DNA from: Amoebophrya sp. A120
Taxonomy: Eukaryota > Protista > Dinoflagellata
Direction of reading: 5' to 3'
NCBI GenBank assembly: GCA_905178155.1
Contig: CAJINV010000014.1
Location: forward strand, 1,815,984 to 1,879,983
DNA length: 64,000 nucleotides
Shown: positions 48,601-60,685 of the stretch, in pieces
Numbering within the stretch: the stretch's first letter is position 1
Layout: each line of letters opens with the position of its first letter
The notes under the pieces: model-generated
The model's input: the letters and a program-made list of their open reading frames with translations, nothing else
What the model was told of the DNA's origin: nothing
Database searches by the model: none
Translations under genes and position numbers: made by a program

Positions 48601-49234
48601 TGGCTTTTTTTTCTGTGGATAACTCGGACCAATCCGTGTCCGAAGAGCCGGCTTCTGATCCGGATTCATCATCTGTTGCAATTTCTTCTGCATCATTTTC
48701 ATTCCCGCCCTCACTGAGCTCCTCAACGGAATCCTCGACATTCTCCTCCTCCTCCTCCTCTTCGTCCGAAGACACTTTCTCGGCTTTGTCTTCTCGTTCG
48801 AGCGCGTAGAACTTCTGCAGCTGGCGGTTGATCGGCTTATTTGAAGATTCCTTCATTTTCATCTTGCCGGCGCCCTGCGAAATAGACGAAGAAACCCCCC
48901 GGGACTTCTTATTTTTCCGGTCTCCTCCATTTACTTCGTTCACGACCTCCTTCTTCAAAGGCCGTCCGCGGCTGTCCACGGCCGCTTTGCCACCACTCCC
49001 ACCCTCGTTGAACTTTTCTTCGGTGAACATCTTGGCAAATCTCTGGTCCACCTTTACCTTCTTCACATCCTGGGGAGCTTGCTTGAACCGGGCCGCATGC
49101 AGGTTGAAGCGGTTGTCGCTGGACGATGAAGATGCAGCTGGCGCATTCTTTCCTCCTGCCACGACAGCTGCGGACGCCGTTTTCGCCACCGAAGCGGTGG
49201 CTTTGCTCATCTTCATCGACTTCTTATTTTTCAT
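45638..49234 (-). CDS. ESF1: pre-rRNA processing protein ESF1 (~950 aa, 3 introner introns)
   Basis: Motifs VKVDQRFAKMF, VDSRGRP, RLAFQTLDWDTVTAEDIF, EAQHGP, IRKYN|LRKLQYFFAVI and NUC153-like DDRFAKLFNDPEFGIDPT; spliced length 2,853 nt = 951 codons. Confidence 0.92.
46438..46822. mobile_element. introner family B carrying a nested insertion
   Basis: TSD TTCAT; family-B TIRs; 114 bp extra from the nested insertion plus its duplication. Confidence 0.92.
46651..46748. mobile_element. 98-bp nested insertion with a 16-bp TSD (possible truncated non-LTR retroelement end)
   Basis: GACATCAGGAGTCATG at 46635-46650 and 46749-46764; insert ends with two ACTCTGAGTGGA copies. Confidence 0.7.
47654..47887. 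mobile_element. introner family C
   Basis: TSD TTGTA; splits the conserved ESF1 motif IRKYN|LRKLQY. Confidence 0.92.
48512..48621. mobile_element. introner family D (110 bp)
   Basis: TSD ACTCG; joins DTDWSE|SEDSYD. Confidence 0.92.
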
Positions 49235-50174
49235 GATGGGCAAACGCAGAGCTAGATGTTTTTCGTGTATAGTAATGAAGAAGCCGCTACGGTTGAGCGA
49301 ACGGCGATTTTACAAGAAATCTACGAATAAACTCGAACTCCAACTCGATGAATAAAAAATAGTAGATACTATGATGCAACACGGAACTTAAAAAAACTCA
49401 CCTTCTTCAACACTGGTCAACAAAAAACAACGTCGTCACTGATTTCGCCGATGCCAGCGTAAGAGATCTTCAGGGCCAGCTGATCGCGATCCTGACTTAC
49501 GACAGGAAACCATGATTTCAGATTTTTGTCTTCCTATGTTGATGTCAGATCGTCGTGGAATGAGCCTTGGTTCACGATTCCACTCGTTATGTAGACGTAC
49601 GTTGATGATCATTGACTTCTTTTCTCGATCTTGTTTCTTCTCTTGATTTTCATTTTTCGGTCACAATTTCCTGATCTTCTGACAAATTTTCTGATCTTGC
49701 CGCATCTTGCGTCGTCAATCGTGCCTTCATGAGAACGAGGAGCTCATTTTTTTCTTTCGTCCAAATTGATTAACGAGGGCAGTTACAACTACACCTCCGG
49801 GGGGAAGAAGAAGATCGGGAACACAGAGTTTGATCGACAGACGACATTGAACACCAGCACCAAAATCATACAGAAAAGCTTCTGCATTGCGAGATCGTGC
49901 CACGCTCGCGTTGTAGTGCCGAATCAAAGGGCAACTACTGTCGAAAATACATGCGCGTACAAAATATGTATGTGAAGCGTCGTGGTCAGTCGTTTTACTT
50001 TCAATGCTGAAACGAAAACAATTTATGGTCGCCAGTAAAATTTGTTGCTTCTTCATGCCCATCCGTCCCCATGCAGGAGGTCACGTGCAATAGCAATTTA
50101 CAGGAGTTTCTGCTTTCAAAGAAATGAAGCCAGATAACAACTACGCAGCAGCAACTGCGTTCATCCTTGCCGTG

Positions 50175-50492
50175 TCAGTCCTCTTTCCAGCAGTGCGCAC
50201 ACTTCTCGCACTTGTAGAATATCGTCATCGGCTCATCCGCACTCCGGGTCTGCATTTGTCGAAAGTAGGCGTAGCCGTGCATGCACACCGGACACTGTGT
50301 CGACATCTTTTCCACGTCTTTCCACGCTTCGGGGCCACCTAGTACGTCGGAGACTTGCTTGTTGACGAACTCCGTTTTTGAGAAGTACTTCTTTCGGTAC
50401 ACAAACTGGTACGGGCATGTTTGGCACACGAGCTTGCTTTTCAGATTGTCCACCAGAAGTAGGGAACTACAGGACGGGCAGAAAGTCGCCAT
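50175..50492 (-). CDS. RPC11: RNA polymerase III subunit RPC11 (POLR3K), intronless
   Basis: N-terminal FCPSC...CQTCPY zinc ribbon, DVLGGPEAW, and C-terminal QMQTRSADEPMTIFYKC TFIIS-like ribbon. Confidence 0.95.
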   Translation of the reverse strand: MATFCPSCSSLLLVDNLKSKLVCQTCPYQFVYRKKYFSKTEFVNKQVSDVLGGPEAWKDVEKMSTQCPVCMHGYAYFRQMQTRSADEPMTIFYKCEKCAHCWKED

Positions 50493-52207
50493 GGTTTAGA
50501 AGATTGATGATTGTGGAAAAAAAATACTTGTCTTCAATGTTGCTGCAAATAAGCTAGCTTATTCGTGTAGACAACGTGGCGTGCCAGTCAAAATCAAATC
50601 ACGCATTAGAGTACAGCTCTTGCATACTTGTTTTTTCATCATCTAGGTTGTGCTTCCATATTTGCATCCCTAAGCCGTGGCCTGCAGAAACAGAAAATTT
50701 TCATTTGCCAGGAGAAGGATTGAGGTTGTAACATGAGTTTTATTTTTTCATTTCTTCGCCAATGTCGAATTTCTATTGTGTCGTGATCCCAGTCTTGATC
50801 CGGTCTGCTCTACCGTGAGTGTACGATTTTCCTTTCCGCCAGACACAAGTAGGATCCTTTCTACTCCTCCTCCAGTAGGATCCTCCGCGTTATTTGCAGT
50901 TCGGTCTCTAAATCAAACGTGGATCGCAAAAAAATCAAGGTCGTGAGAAAGATCTTGTGCAGCTCGTCTCCTTGTTGTGACCTTACAAAGTGGACGATAG
51001 AACGATGAACGATATCAAGATCCTGTCGTTGAGTCGCGATGTCGGTGTGATCATGTTGGAAATAACAAGCGGTCCTGAAAAGACCTCAACACCGGCTTGC
51101 TGTCTTTTTCAGCAAGAACTACATTCTGACCAGTAACAGGATCATCATCATCATCATGATCCCGAAGTCGTAAAATGACTGCCCACCCCTGCGCCTGGAG
51201 AAGTGGTCTTCCGCGCACTATAATTCAATCTTCTGAAGAGACGTAGGGCAATTTGCGATCAGTCGCGGAACAACTTCTAAACTAGTACTTCCTTCCATCC
51301 GCCTACTCCTCAAGGTAGCGCTTCTGCGGGCATCAAGCCGAGCTAATTGAAGTCCGATAATTTTTCGTCGTGGTCCATCATACAAGGTAGTGGTAGATCG
51401 GCAGGAACAAGTACACTTAGAAACGAAACCGGAATGACATAATTTTAGACCTGCTAAAACGAAGCACGTGCAGGATCGCTAACAGTTACTATGGCATTGC
51501 TTTCACGCGTCACTACTTTTTGTTTTATTCTCTAGTGCTGATGCGACTTCTTTGAGTGTGGCCATTTTCTTCACCCCAGCTTCAACTTTTATCTTGTTCC
51601 CCATCGTTTTTGAACTTGACTTAGCCGAAGATCCTGGATCCGAATCGGTCCCGCATTTGGCAGTGGTGCGCGATGTGGCGGTTTTCCAAGAAAGCCTGCG
51701 TCTTCGACACACCTGCATAATTGATGCATCTACAGATTTTTTTTTTTAGTCGTACTTGCTTTGTCTTGGTTGCGCAGCTTGCTTCTCTTCTTCACATCCT
51801 TAAAGTTAAATCGCAGGAGCTGGAGCAAGATGCTAGTGCATGACAAGATCACGAACATGAATTATAGTGGTCCAGCCTCCAGCATCAAAAAATAAATGTA
51901 CTCGTCGCTGCTGTCGGCAGCGGGGGTTCGCCGGGGCCGCCGATCGGTGGTAGCTCGGCCCGCTCCGGGTACCGCACCAACCACGGCGGGGGGAGGTCTT
52001 GGGCTATTAAGGGAAGGAAGTTAGCGTGCAGCAATGATAAATTCTATACGAGTCAGAGTTCCCTCCACCAAATCCAAAAATATACATTCCCGCACCAGTT
52101 GTGCCATGAAATAACATGATCATCTTCCGAGTTGGAGTTCTAGATCATAATCTTCCGAATAGAACGGAAGCAAAAAAGTTGAAGAAGGTGTAGATCAAGT
52201 ACTCACC

Positions 52208-52816
52208 TGTTTCATCATCATAGTCTTTCGCGAAGGGCGGTCGCAACTGGCAGCCGCCGAGATTCTTCACCCGCGCTTTGTAGGCGATGTAACGGCCCTC
52301 GTGGTACACGGGGTTCGTTTCTGCTTCCACAAAACTCATCGACTCGGGTTGGTGCTGCTGTAGTTCCGGGTCTTGCTGTAATTCGCTCACCATCTGCTGC
52401 TGGGCCTGCGCTTCCGCCGTGGCGAGTAGCTGTTGGTCCGCCGCACTTCTGGCTGACGCAGGTAGCACCTCTGCCTGCCCCTGCACGACTTCGGCTGGAC
52501 TTTTACCCCTGGCAGACCCTCCGGCGGAACCCGGAGCGAGGGCCTGCTCACTCCGGGCAGAGCCGGGTGCAGCTGGTGGAAGCCCCGGGTGCAGGTTCTG
52601 GGTCAGAACGACGGGAGCAGCTGGCCCTGGAGCGGCCCCGGAGGCCGGAGCCGGGTTCAGTGCATTTTGCGCAACTACACCCGGCGGCGCACCCGCTCCC
52701 CCGGCGGAGCTGAGGCCGCTACGACTGGGCGGCTTCGTTGCGAACGGAATGGAGCTACAGGTGGAGGGAGGCCGCTCCGAAAAAGTAACCGTGTTCGTCT
52801 TGGTCGTGTCGGGCAT
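52208..52816 (-). CDS. first exon of an unknown protein; probably continues after a GTGAGT donor
   Basis: Pro/Ala-rich ORF ending ...DYDDETG|GTGAGT. Confidence 0.5.
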
Positions 52817-53683
52817 CGTGATTGTACTGGGGTTCTTGATCTATAATTGACTGTGATCGACTATTTAGTCGTGAAGGGGGAGACAAGTTGTTCCCCGTTT
52901 CAAAAAATTCGTACTTCTATACCCTATTCATTTTGATCTGTGACGATTTCAAGATCTGTCATCTCGTTCTTGGCATTCATGTTTCCAAAATGAGATAGAG
53001 AGGACAGTGTTATCAAAAAATACAACTGTTGCTGACTGTTAGTGAATCGCGGCCATAGCTTGAGGCAAATCAACGCGAAACAAAACTACGGAGTCAGCAA
53101 ATCATTTTTGTAGGACCCGCCTTTACTCGGTAGCCAGGAAACTTTATGGCATGTACCAAGTCAGGAAGCGGCAAGGAAGTTGCCGCTTGAGGTCCGGAAG
53201 TCGCTAGCTAGAAAAGAGCCGCGCTGCCTTTGAGGTACATTGGGACGAAGGTCGTGTATAATTCTAGTCATACTACAATAGATGGTTCTACTCTCGACGA
53301 TATTCACCCCTCTCTAAAGGTTCGCTCCATCTCGAATTTTCAGCTTTTCGGGGTCGGGCGGGAGATTTTGCTTGCATACTTATATCAAATCGAAATTTGG
53401 CCGAACGACTACCCTTCTCGACTGCGATTGAAGACGATTTGAAGCTTCTAGTAGTCGGAACACCTTATAGGTACCTTTTCTGGCATGACCGAAGAGCATT
53501 CCGCAACTCCATTTGCGTAGCTCGGTCGTCTAAAAATATGCGGCATCGCCAAAAGAAATAAAACAGGATGCGCTACAGCATGATTTTGTGAATCCAGTAA
53601 GAGGTCACTCAAACGAATATCACGACCCGTCAATGTCAAACGGAAAGAAGATCTTTGACAGTCAATAAATCTTCCCATACAAA

Positions 53684-55758
53684 TCATTCCCTCGCAGCAT
53701 CGGCGTGGAGGAGCAGCTATCAAATGTAAAAATGTCTGGGTCTGGAATGTTGCCGGGTTTGTCATGCATATTTTGCATGACCCAGGATGTCTGTAATGCA
53801 CGACCTAGCATCACAGATTTTTCGAGGGCTTCCTGATGCCTACTCCGCATGACAAATGCCCTCCCCGCGTCGCATAAGCTAGACTTATCTTGCTTGTCAT
53901 GCAATACAGATTTTTTTAGAGTCTAAACTTAGCATCACAAGTTCCAATTTTCCAGACCCAGACATATTTGCATTTCATAGCAGCAGGCACTTCGCAATTT
54001 TCTCCACTGCGTCGTCCAAAGACTCAAACTATCCTGTGCAAAAGTATCGCACTCGTACTAATCGCATTCATGCATTACAAATTATTTTCCCAAGTCAAAT
54101 CCGCATGACAAATTTTATTTCTCATACTGAGCTAATTTGTAATGCAATTAGTACTAATACGATCCTTTTCCACTGCATACAAACTCCGCCAAGTGTTTCC
54201 CAGCCACGTCTTTCAAAGGCTGTGCGGTATGGGCCACGTACTCGTTATCTGGCTGCAGGAAAATCTGCTCGCAGGCACAGGTGAGTGACAACAGCGTCCG
54301 ACCGACGGCCACGGCGTACACGTATTGCAGACACTCCTTGGGAAACTGCGTCGTTCCCTGGTGGAAGTACCCGTAGCAAATGTTGGCGATGATTTCCGCA
54401 ATGGATAGGGTTTCTTGGTACATGCAGGCATAGGCCGCAGTGATCCCGATGTCGTAGAGACAGTAGTCGAAGCAGCTGTCGCCGAAATCTAGCACCGCGC
54501 CGTACTCAAAGCACTTCGTGTGCAAATCGATGGCGCGGAACAAAATGTTCGTGTCGTTCAAGTCTGTGTGGACCCACTGCTTGCGAAAAAAGCGGCTGAG
54601 GAACTGTACTTCTTTCGTTCTCCCGTGCGTGTTGTCCTGCTCGCAGTCGGGGTCTACAACTCCATTATGCTGCTTGTCATAAAGCGAAGAACTCGCTCTT
54701 CCCAATTCCTTTTCCACTTTCTCCGGCGTTAAGGGCAAAACGTTCGCAACTCGCTCGGCCAAGAGTTTTTGCAGTTTCTTCCTCTCAGGCTCATCATTTC
54801 CCAGAAATTTCTCGATTTTGTCCGCCACAACCTCGGGAATTGTGCTCGTCGACCACTTATGAAATGCAAAAGCATCGCACTCGTAAAAATCGCATTACAA
54901 ATTTCCTCAGCAGTTAGAAATAGAACTTGCAATGCGGATTTATCTTAATGAAAAGCTTTGTAGTGCATGACTGCAATCGCTACGAATGCGATACTTTTGC
55001 AATGCATACCACTCCCAGGTGAAAGTTGCGGTTTTCAAACGCCACGGGTGTCGTTCATCTGCACCCCCGCAAAAATCCTCCATGGCGTCGTGGACTTCGG
55101 CGGTTATTTCGCCCAAATGCTGGAAAAATTCTCGCGGCTTCTGCACGTACTCGGCAGTAGCGTCATCCCTCTCCGGAAAGAGCTTAGAATCGTCGATGAA
55201 AGTGATCACGTGCACCAAACAGTTGTCCTCCTCAATGTGGTGAAGATAGGAGGGTATTGCAGTTATTTCTCTCGTAGTACAATCCGGATTTGTTGCTGTG
55301 CTAGTACCTCCATCCTCAGGCGCGGTATGAGCTTCTACCTGAACAGGGATCGGAACCGGACAGGGCACACCTTTTGCTTTCAGATGCAGCATTGCCTCCA
55401 CCTGCAGTTGCACGTGGTCGGCGCTCACATATTTGCTGTTTTGCGCTTTCACAACGTACGACTTGTCCTCGTGGAGACTACTTTTCTTCAAAAACACTCG
55501 GTAGTTGTGGTCGTCGTAGCTCGGAAGCTCGGTAGTTTTGGTCAAGTCCAGCTCCCCCTCGAAGCTGAAAACTTCTGCGACCTTCTCCAAATTCAGCCGG
55601 AAATTCCGCCTCGGGTTGCCGGATATTGCTGGCTCCTGCGGCGCTTGTTGCGTACTATCAGCATGGTCGGTGGGCAGATTATGTGCAGAAGCAGCTCCCG
55701 ACCCGCCTTGCTGCGGCTGCTCGGGCGGAGAGGTGCTAGCTGTGCTTGTTGCAACCAT
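53684..55758 (-). CDS. HYKK: hydroxylysine kinase (HYKK/AGPHD1)-like aminoglycoside-phosphotransferase-family kinase (~498 aa, 3 introner introns)
   Basis: ELPSYDDHNY, YVVK, Brenner-like WVHTDLNDTNILF, VLDFGD, PDNEY; spliced length 1,497 nt = 499 codons. Confidence 0.82.
53718..53979. mobile_element. introner family B
   Basis: TSD GCAGC. Confidence 0.92.
54030..54179. mobile_element. introner family A
   Basis: TSD CAAAC; joins LAEF|ESLDD. Confidence 0.9.
54858..55008. mobile_element. introner family A
   Basis: TSD CCACT; joins FTWEW|STSTIPE. Confidence 0.92.
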
Positions 55759-56897
55759 TTTCTTATTGGAGACACATCTTTTTTTGCAAATGAAGTAAAC
55801 TAAAACACACTGTAGTGCAGCATGTGTGAAGTGTGTGCTATTTAACAACGAACAAGGAAGCGCGGAACACTTGTCGCGAACTATAGGAAAAAGACCCAAA
55901 CGAGTACGATCCAAGTAGCACAGCTGCACTAAAAATCCTCGCCGCCGTGTTTCATCTGGACGTCGGGTTGCAGGACATTATATTACTCCTATGTAGGAGA
56001 TGAAGATCCACTGTGGCTATACCTTTTTGTAGTTGTACATTGTTCACGTTCCATGTCCTTCATCTCTTCTTCGCCATCGTCTGTCATGCATGATGGACAT
56101 CGCGCACCATCATGGTTTCTTGTTGTATTGATCTCTACGGTCAGTTTCTACTAAGCTCTTTTTTTCGTAAGCTTTGCTTTTACCGACGAGGAGTACTTCT
56201 TGCTAGAAATCAATATTTAGAAATTTTGATTTTGTTTGAATGTAAAGAAGAGTGGAAGAGTGGTTTTTCAGTGAGTTTTGAAGTGCTTTTTTGTTGAGTT
56301 TGTATTTGGTATACCTTAAAGGTAAAAAGCACAAAGCTCGACAGGAGAGAGTTTTTTAAAAACAGACGCAGGCATCTAGTCCTGTGCCCGCTCTGCTGTA
56401 CGTGCGTGCTTGGTGGTGCGCCCTCGTACAGCTGTTGTGTTTGCACTAGCTTCCAAAACTAGAGAAAGTGATGTTGACCTTCCGCAAAACAATTAGGTTT
56501 CCAAAACTAGTATACAATGATCAATCAATCAAAACGCACTCTCCGGTCTCGTTTAAGGAATTCTTGTCGGAGATCTTCGAAAAATCGTGGATGTGCGTGT
56601 GTTGCTAATACTATCACTTCTCTATTTCTACTGGCCCCTCTCAACAAATCGGGGCTACGTAGAAGGAATGGTGCGACTCCTTTGAAGAAGATATTAGCCG
56701 AAGCAATTATGTTGACCGATAATTTGTACAAATACTAGCTTGAGAAAGTTCCATACTATAACCTCAACGACGCTCATCTTTAGCTTGAGCTTGTCTTTGT
56801 CAAGTAGATCTCGTTATTTCAGTAAAATCTCGCGTGCTTCTTGAAAATCATGATCCCGCTTGATCGCCGCATGGTAACTCACGTCTCGCCATCAGGA

Positions 56898-57752
56898 TCA
56901 GACCATTCTCCTCCATCCGTCTGGCAAATCAAAACTCATCGCGAGCCAAGCTCCCACGCAATCTTTCTGATGAATCGCATTGCGCTTCACGGCGCTGCGC
57001 CAGGTAGAGGTAGAGTTGACCACGATGGCATCGACCAAGGCTTTGCAGTGGATGAAAAAATCTTTCGCGGACTTGTCATACAACTCCTTGGACTTGTCAT
57101 AGTCATACTCCACGGAATTCTTATGCTTCGCGGCCTTGTCATTGTACCTTTGCGTGGCTGCCGCTTCCACATTTTCTTTTATTTCGTCCAGGGGTTCTTT
57201 CAAAGCTTTCTCCAGGGCGGCGGGCACCTCACTGCCCTTGTTGACAGCACCAGCCTCGGTGTTGGCAAGCGCACCCCACGCTGGGTGTTTTAACAAAGTT
57301 TCGAGCAGGGCGCTGCCGGCCTCCTTGTACACCTTCTTGACCGCCACAGAATCCGTCGCGGGATATGGAAACTGCAAATGTTTCAGCCAGACTGCTGTAG
57401 TATAGGCTTCGAAGCCTTTCCGGATTACTGATCGCAGTGCCTCTTCCCTGCGAAAGACCGCAGTTTCTTTCCATCTCAGGTACGCTTTCCTCCCGGCAGA
57501 CACTCCTCGGGGGGGCAGTAGAATGTGAGAGCCATACTTCTGAGGCGCGGATTCCCCGAGATTGCTCATTGTCTCCTGCGGCTGATCGACGGGGTACGGT
57601 GCAGCTGGAGCTGGACGATGATGTTCCACCTGGTAAGCTGCAGCTGGCATCGAGGATTTGTCGGAGGGGACCTTCCAAGCCGCGCCATACGAGCGCTGCA
57701 GAAACGAATAGATCGACACCAACGACAGCAACCGCACAGAAATCATCGTCAT
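56898..57752 (-). CDS. putative secreted protein of unknown function
   Basis: 284-aa ORF with signal-peptide-like MISVRLLSLVSIYSFLQRSYGA. Confidence 0.6.
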   Translation of the reverse strand: MTMISVRLLSLVSIYSFLQRSYGAAWKVPSDKSSMPAAAYQVEHHRPAPAAPYPVDQPQETMSNLGESAPQKYGSHILLPPRGVSAGRKAYLRWKETAVFRREEALRSVIRKGFEAYTTAVWLKHLQFPYPATDSVAVKKVYKEAGSALLETLLKHPAWGALANTEAGAVNKGSEVPAALEKALKEPLDEIKENVEAAATQRYNDKAAKHKNSVEYDYDKSKELYDKSAKDFFIHCKALVDAIVVNSTSTWRSAVKRNAIHQKDCVGAWLAMSFDLPDGWRRMV

Positions 57753-58859
57753 TTTTTTGGTACAAAATGAAGATCTGATTCTGAAGACTCGGACGTTTAA
57801 GGTAAAATAAACTGGGCTCCTTTGCAGAAAGTGGGTTGATTCTTTAGATTGGTTGCAATTGCAAATGCAAGTGCGTATCGATGGGATGCGTACACGACCG
57901 TCCAGTGTGGTAGAAGATGTAGAGAGTTTTTACAAGTGCTTAGACTTAATACGGCAAGAACTGGTCAGGGCAGCTGTTTGTTTCGAGGTGTTGCGACAAC
58001 ACAACGCTCCTGTAATTGAAGCGGATGCGCTAATATAAAAAAATAAATGCTCTTGGTCTTGCGAAGACAAGATAAAGTCCAAGCCGAAATAGAACAAGTT
58101 TAGTCAACCGATTTCCACAGGAAATAAAGGCCGATCGATCCTGCTGACAAAAATGTGATTTCCAAACGTCGGACTGCAGGGCCGCTCCTCCAGGTGCATT
58201 TCAGAAGTACGACCTACTACTCCACCGACGACTGATATATTACCGACACTCGAAAAACGGTATCAAATTCTATTATTTTCTTTTGGTGATAAATCTGATC
58301 TTTTTTATTCATTTTCAGAGTCAGTCCACCTGATGGTGAAGGGAAGTGATCGCATTTTCGTGGATCTTGCATAGCATTCTTTTAGCGCCGTTGATATGAG
58401 CCAAATTATTCCTGATTAGATCAGCGGTGCTTTATTTGGGCTTGCAACTGACCGAAAGCTCCATGCTGAACTGAAGTTGTCCACAAATTATCTTGCAGTT
58501 GTTTGAACTGAACACCGTTCTTGCCGTTCGAGTAAGGCTCCTTCGGAGTATGAGTAAAAAGCAGTAGCAAAGACAGCCGAACAAGCGCGACTCTGCTCTG
58601 CCCGCTTCTGCCCATCTTCTATATAATTTTCTTGAGTATTATGTTTATGTTGTTGCAAGTACTTATATATCTTCTGATTGTGTACGGAAAAGAACGGGAG
58701 CGCACCGGAGACACGAAGAGAGCGAAAGTTGCTTCGGGTACTAGTGTGAGAACCCAGTAGTGCGAGTGTCCAATATCTGTCTCATCATTTTTGCCCCGCA
58801 ACAGAAATTCTCCAAGTACACGACTGAGCTCCACCTCCACCTCCACCTCCTTTATTTGT

Positions 58860-60685
58860 TCACTTTGTCGGTGCATTGATGTTCCGATAGCTGGCTCCCT
58901 CCTTGCTCCACACGCCGATGGGCTGCATTCTGAAAAGCGCGAGCTTCTGCTCAAACAGCTTCAAAAGTTGGCACTGGTCCACGGTGAGTGGCTTGGTCGG
59001 TGTGCACACGGTGTAGTCGCTGAGCATCTGGATTTTCCCGTCCTTCAATATCGTGGGAAGCCCCAGGGAGCGAAGGTGTTGCTCCATGGAAAAGGGAAGC
59101 CTGTTGTGAGGATATGGTGATGCGTAGAATAAAATATTTTTTAGCCTTGCACGAATAGAATCTGCGGAGCAACAACAAGTTAAGCGAGGTAGCAAATGAC
59201 CCGTTAACTCGCACCCGCGAGATAGCCGGCCGCCCGGCCGGCCGGGCGATTAACTCGCGGTTAGAAGTGTAGACAAATCGAATTGTGGTGCAAATCTACC
59301 CCGAAGTGCTCGCCAAGGATTGGCGAGCACTTCGATTCAAATTTGTGCTACCTTTCGATTTGTCGGTACATTTCTAACCGCGAGTTAACCGTCCGCCCGG
59401 CCGGGCGGACGGCTAACTCGCGGGCGCGAGTTAACGGGTCATTTGTTACCATCTGCTTCATTGTCAAGTCGCGGATCATCTGTCACTGCCGGCACTCCTA
59501 GTTAGGAGTGCCGGCAGTGACAGATCCGCGACTTGACAATGAAGCAGATGGAGCTATCTCCAGTGCGTTATTCTTCATTTACACTTTGTGAATAGCAAAA
59601 AACGAATTTGATTATTTCATCAGGAAAGTTTTTAAATGTGTAAGATATCTTACGCCAATTCCCCCTTCGGTATGACGAATTGTTCGGATGGGACGAGGCC
59701 GGCCCGCGCGAAGGTTTCCCTCTGGAATTCCATGAAAAATCGCTGCACTTCAGAGGGCTCCATGTCGCAGCACCTATTTTGATTTTTGGTTCGGGGTCGT
59801 GATCAAATTCATTCAGTCTTCATCTTACGCCGCACTTGTTTTAGTCTCGAGTTTAATAGGAGATTTTTTTTTCTGTATTAGGAAGCTAAAACAACCAAAA
59901 AAAAAAATAACTGCAATCAAAAATTATCTTCTATCAGTTTTATACAGTAATGCGCATTCGTTCTGGATTTTTTCGGCCAGGTGCGATATTTTTTCGAAGA
60001 TTTCGTTTTCGACACTGTTTCCGAGTGCCAGCCGCATGATGTTGTTGTTTCCCATGAATAGCACGCCTTTTTTCCCGTCTTGCTGCTTGCTGAAAAAGGC
60101 TCGCACTTCCTTCAAAAGTTCGTTTCTCTGGTTCTCCACGTTGGGATATGAAAGTCAAAAATCATCCCGCCCCCCCGCCCCGGTGCTGTACTGCTCGTCA
60201 CACAGAAATAAATATTCCACGACTTCTACGCACTGCAAAATCCAAGCTATAGACATAGTAGCCAAAGCATGATAAGTGCGCACTAGGTATCTATACTTCC
60301 AGGCCTGGAAAGATCCATTTTGAGGGCAAAATAATGATGACTGGTGTCGTGCGTGTGCGCGTACCTTCTTTGATCAATACAACGGCTCGACAAGAATAAC
60401 TCGTGGTAGTGAACAAATTTATGTACTTACTATTCCTCGTCGGCCAGTAGACCCATATGCTTTTATTCAATACAGGTAGATTCTTGCCCTGTGACGAGTA
60501 CTCACGGGGACATGAAGATGCGGTTGATTTTTGAAGTTTTTTCCTCGGGATATGAGAACGAAGCAGTATTTGTGATTTTCCACAGCATCCTGAATTTTCT
60601 CGATGAGGTCGTCTTTCTTGTCTTTTGCGTCCGACTTCTTCACCTTGGACAAGGTGACCACCCGATTTCTCTTGCTGCGCGGCAT
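58860..60685 (-). CDS. MRT4: ribosome assembly factor MRT4 (multi-exon; exon borders approximate)
   Basis: MPRSKRNRVVTLSKVKK, VENQRNELLKEVR, FMGNNNIMRLALG, FARAG, FSMEQHLRSLGLPTILKDGKI, LTVDQCQLLKLF. Confidence 0.92.
59188..59450. mobile_element. fold-back MITE-like element (GGTA...TACC ends) in an MRT4 intron
   Basis: Imperfect inverted arms of ~115 bp starting GGTA(G/A)CAAATGACCCGTTAACTCGC; no TSD seen. Confidence 0.75.
59449..59551. repeat. near-perfect ~49-bp-arm palindrome
   Basis: CCATCTGCTTCATTGTCAAGTCGCGGATC(ATC)TGTCACTGCCGGCACTCCTA-GT-exact reverse complement. Confidence 0.92.

Noticed and set aside
51900-52025. GC-rich structured stretch; possible ncRNA or relative of the 7053-7130 element end
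   Set aside because: Similarity is limited to short words; no tRNA or snRNA pattern and no flanking duplication identified.
60147-60551. Introner in the first MRT4 intron (starts TATGAAAGTCAAAAATC)
   Set aside because: Only one clear TAT end; the apparent direct repeat does not give the expected frame, so boundaries are unsupported.
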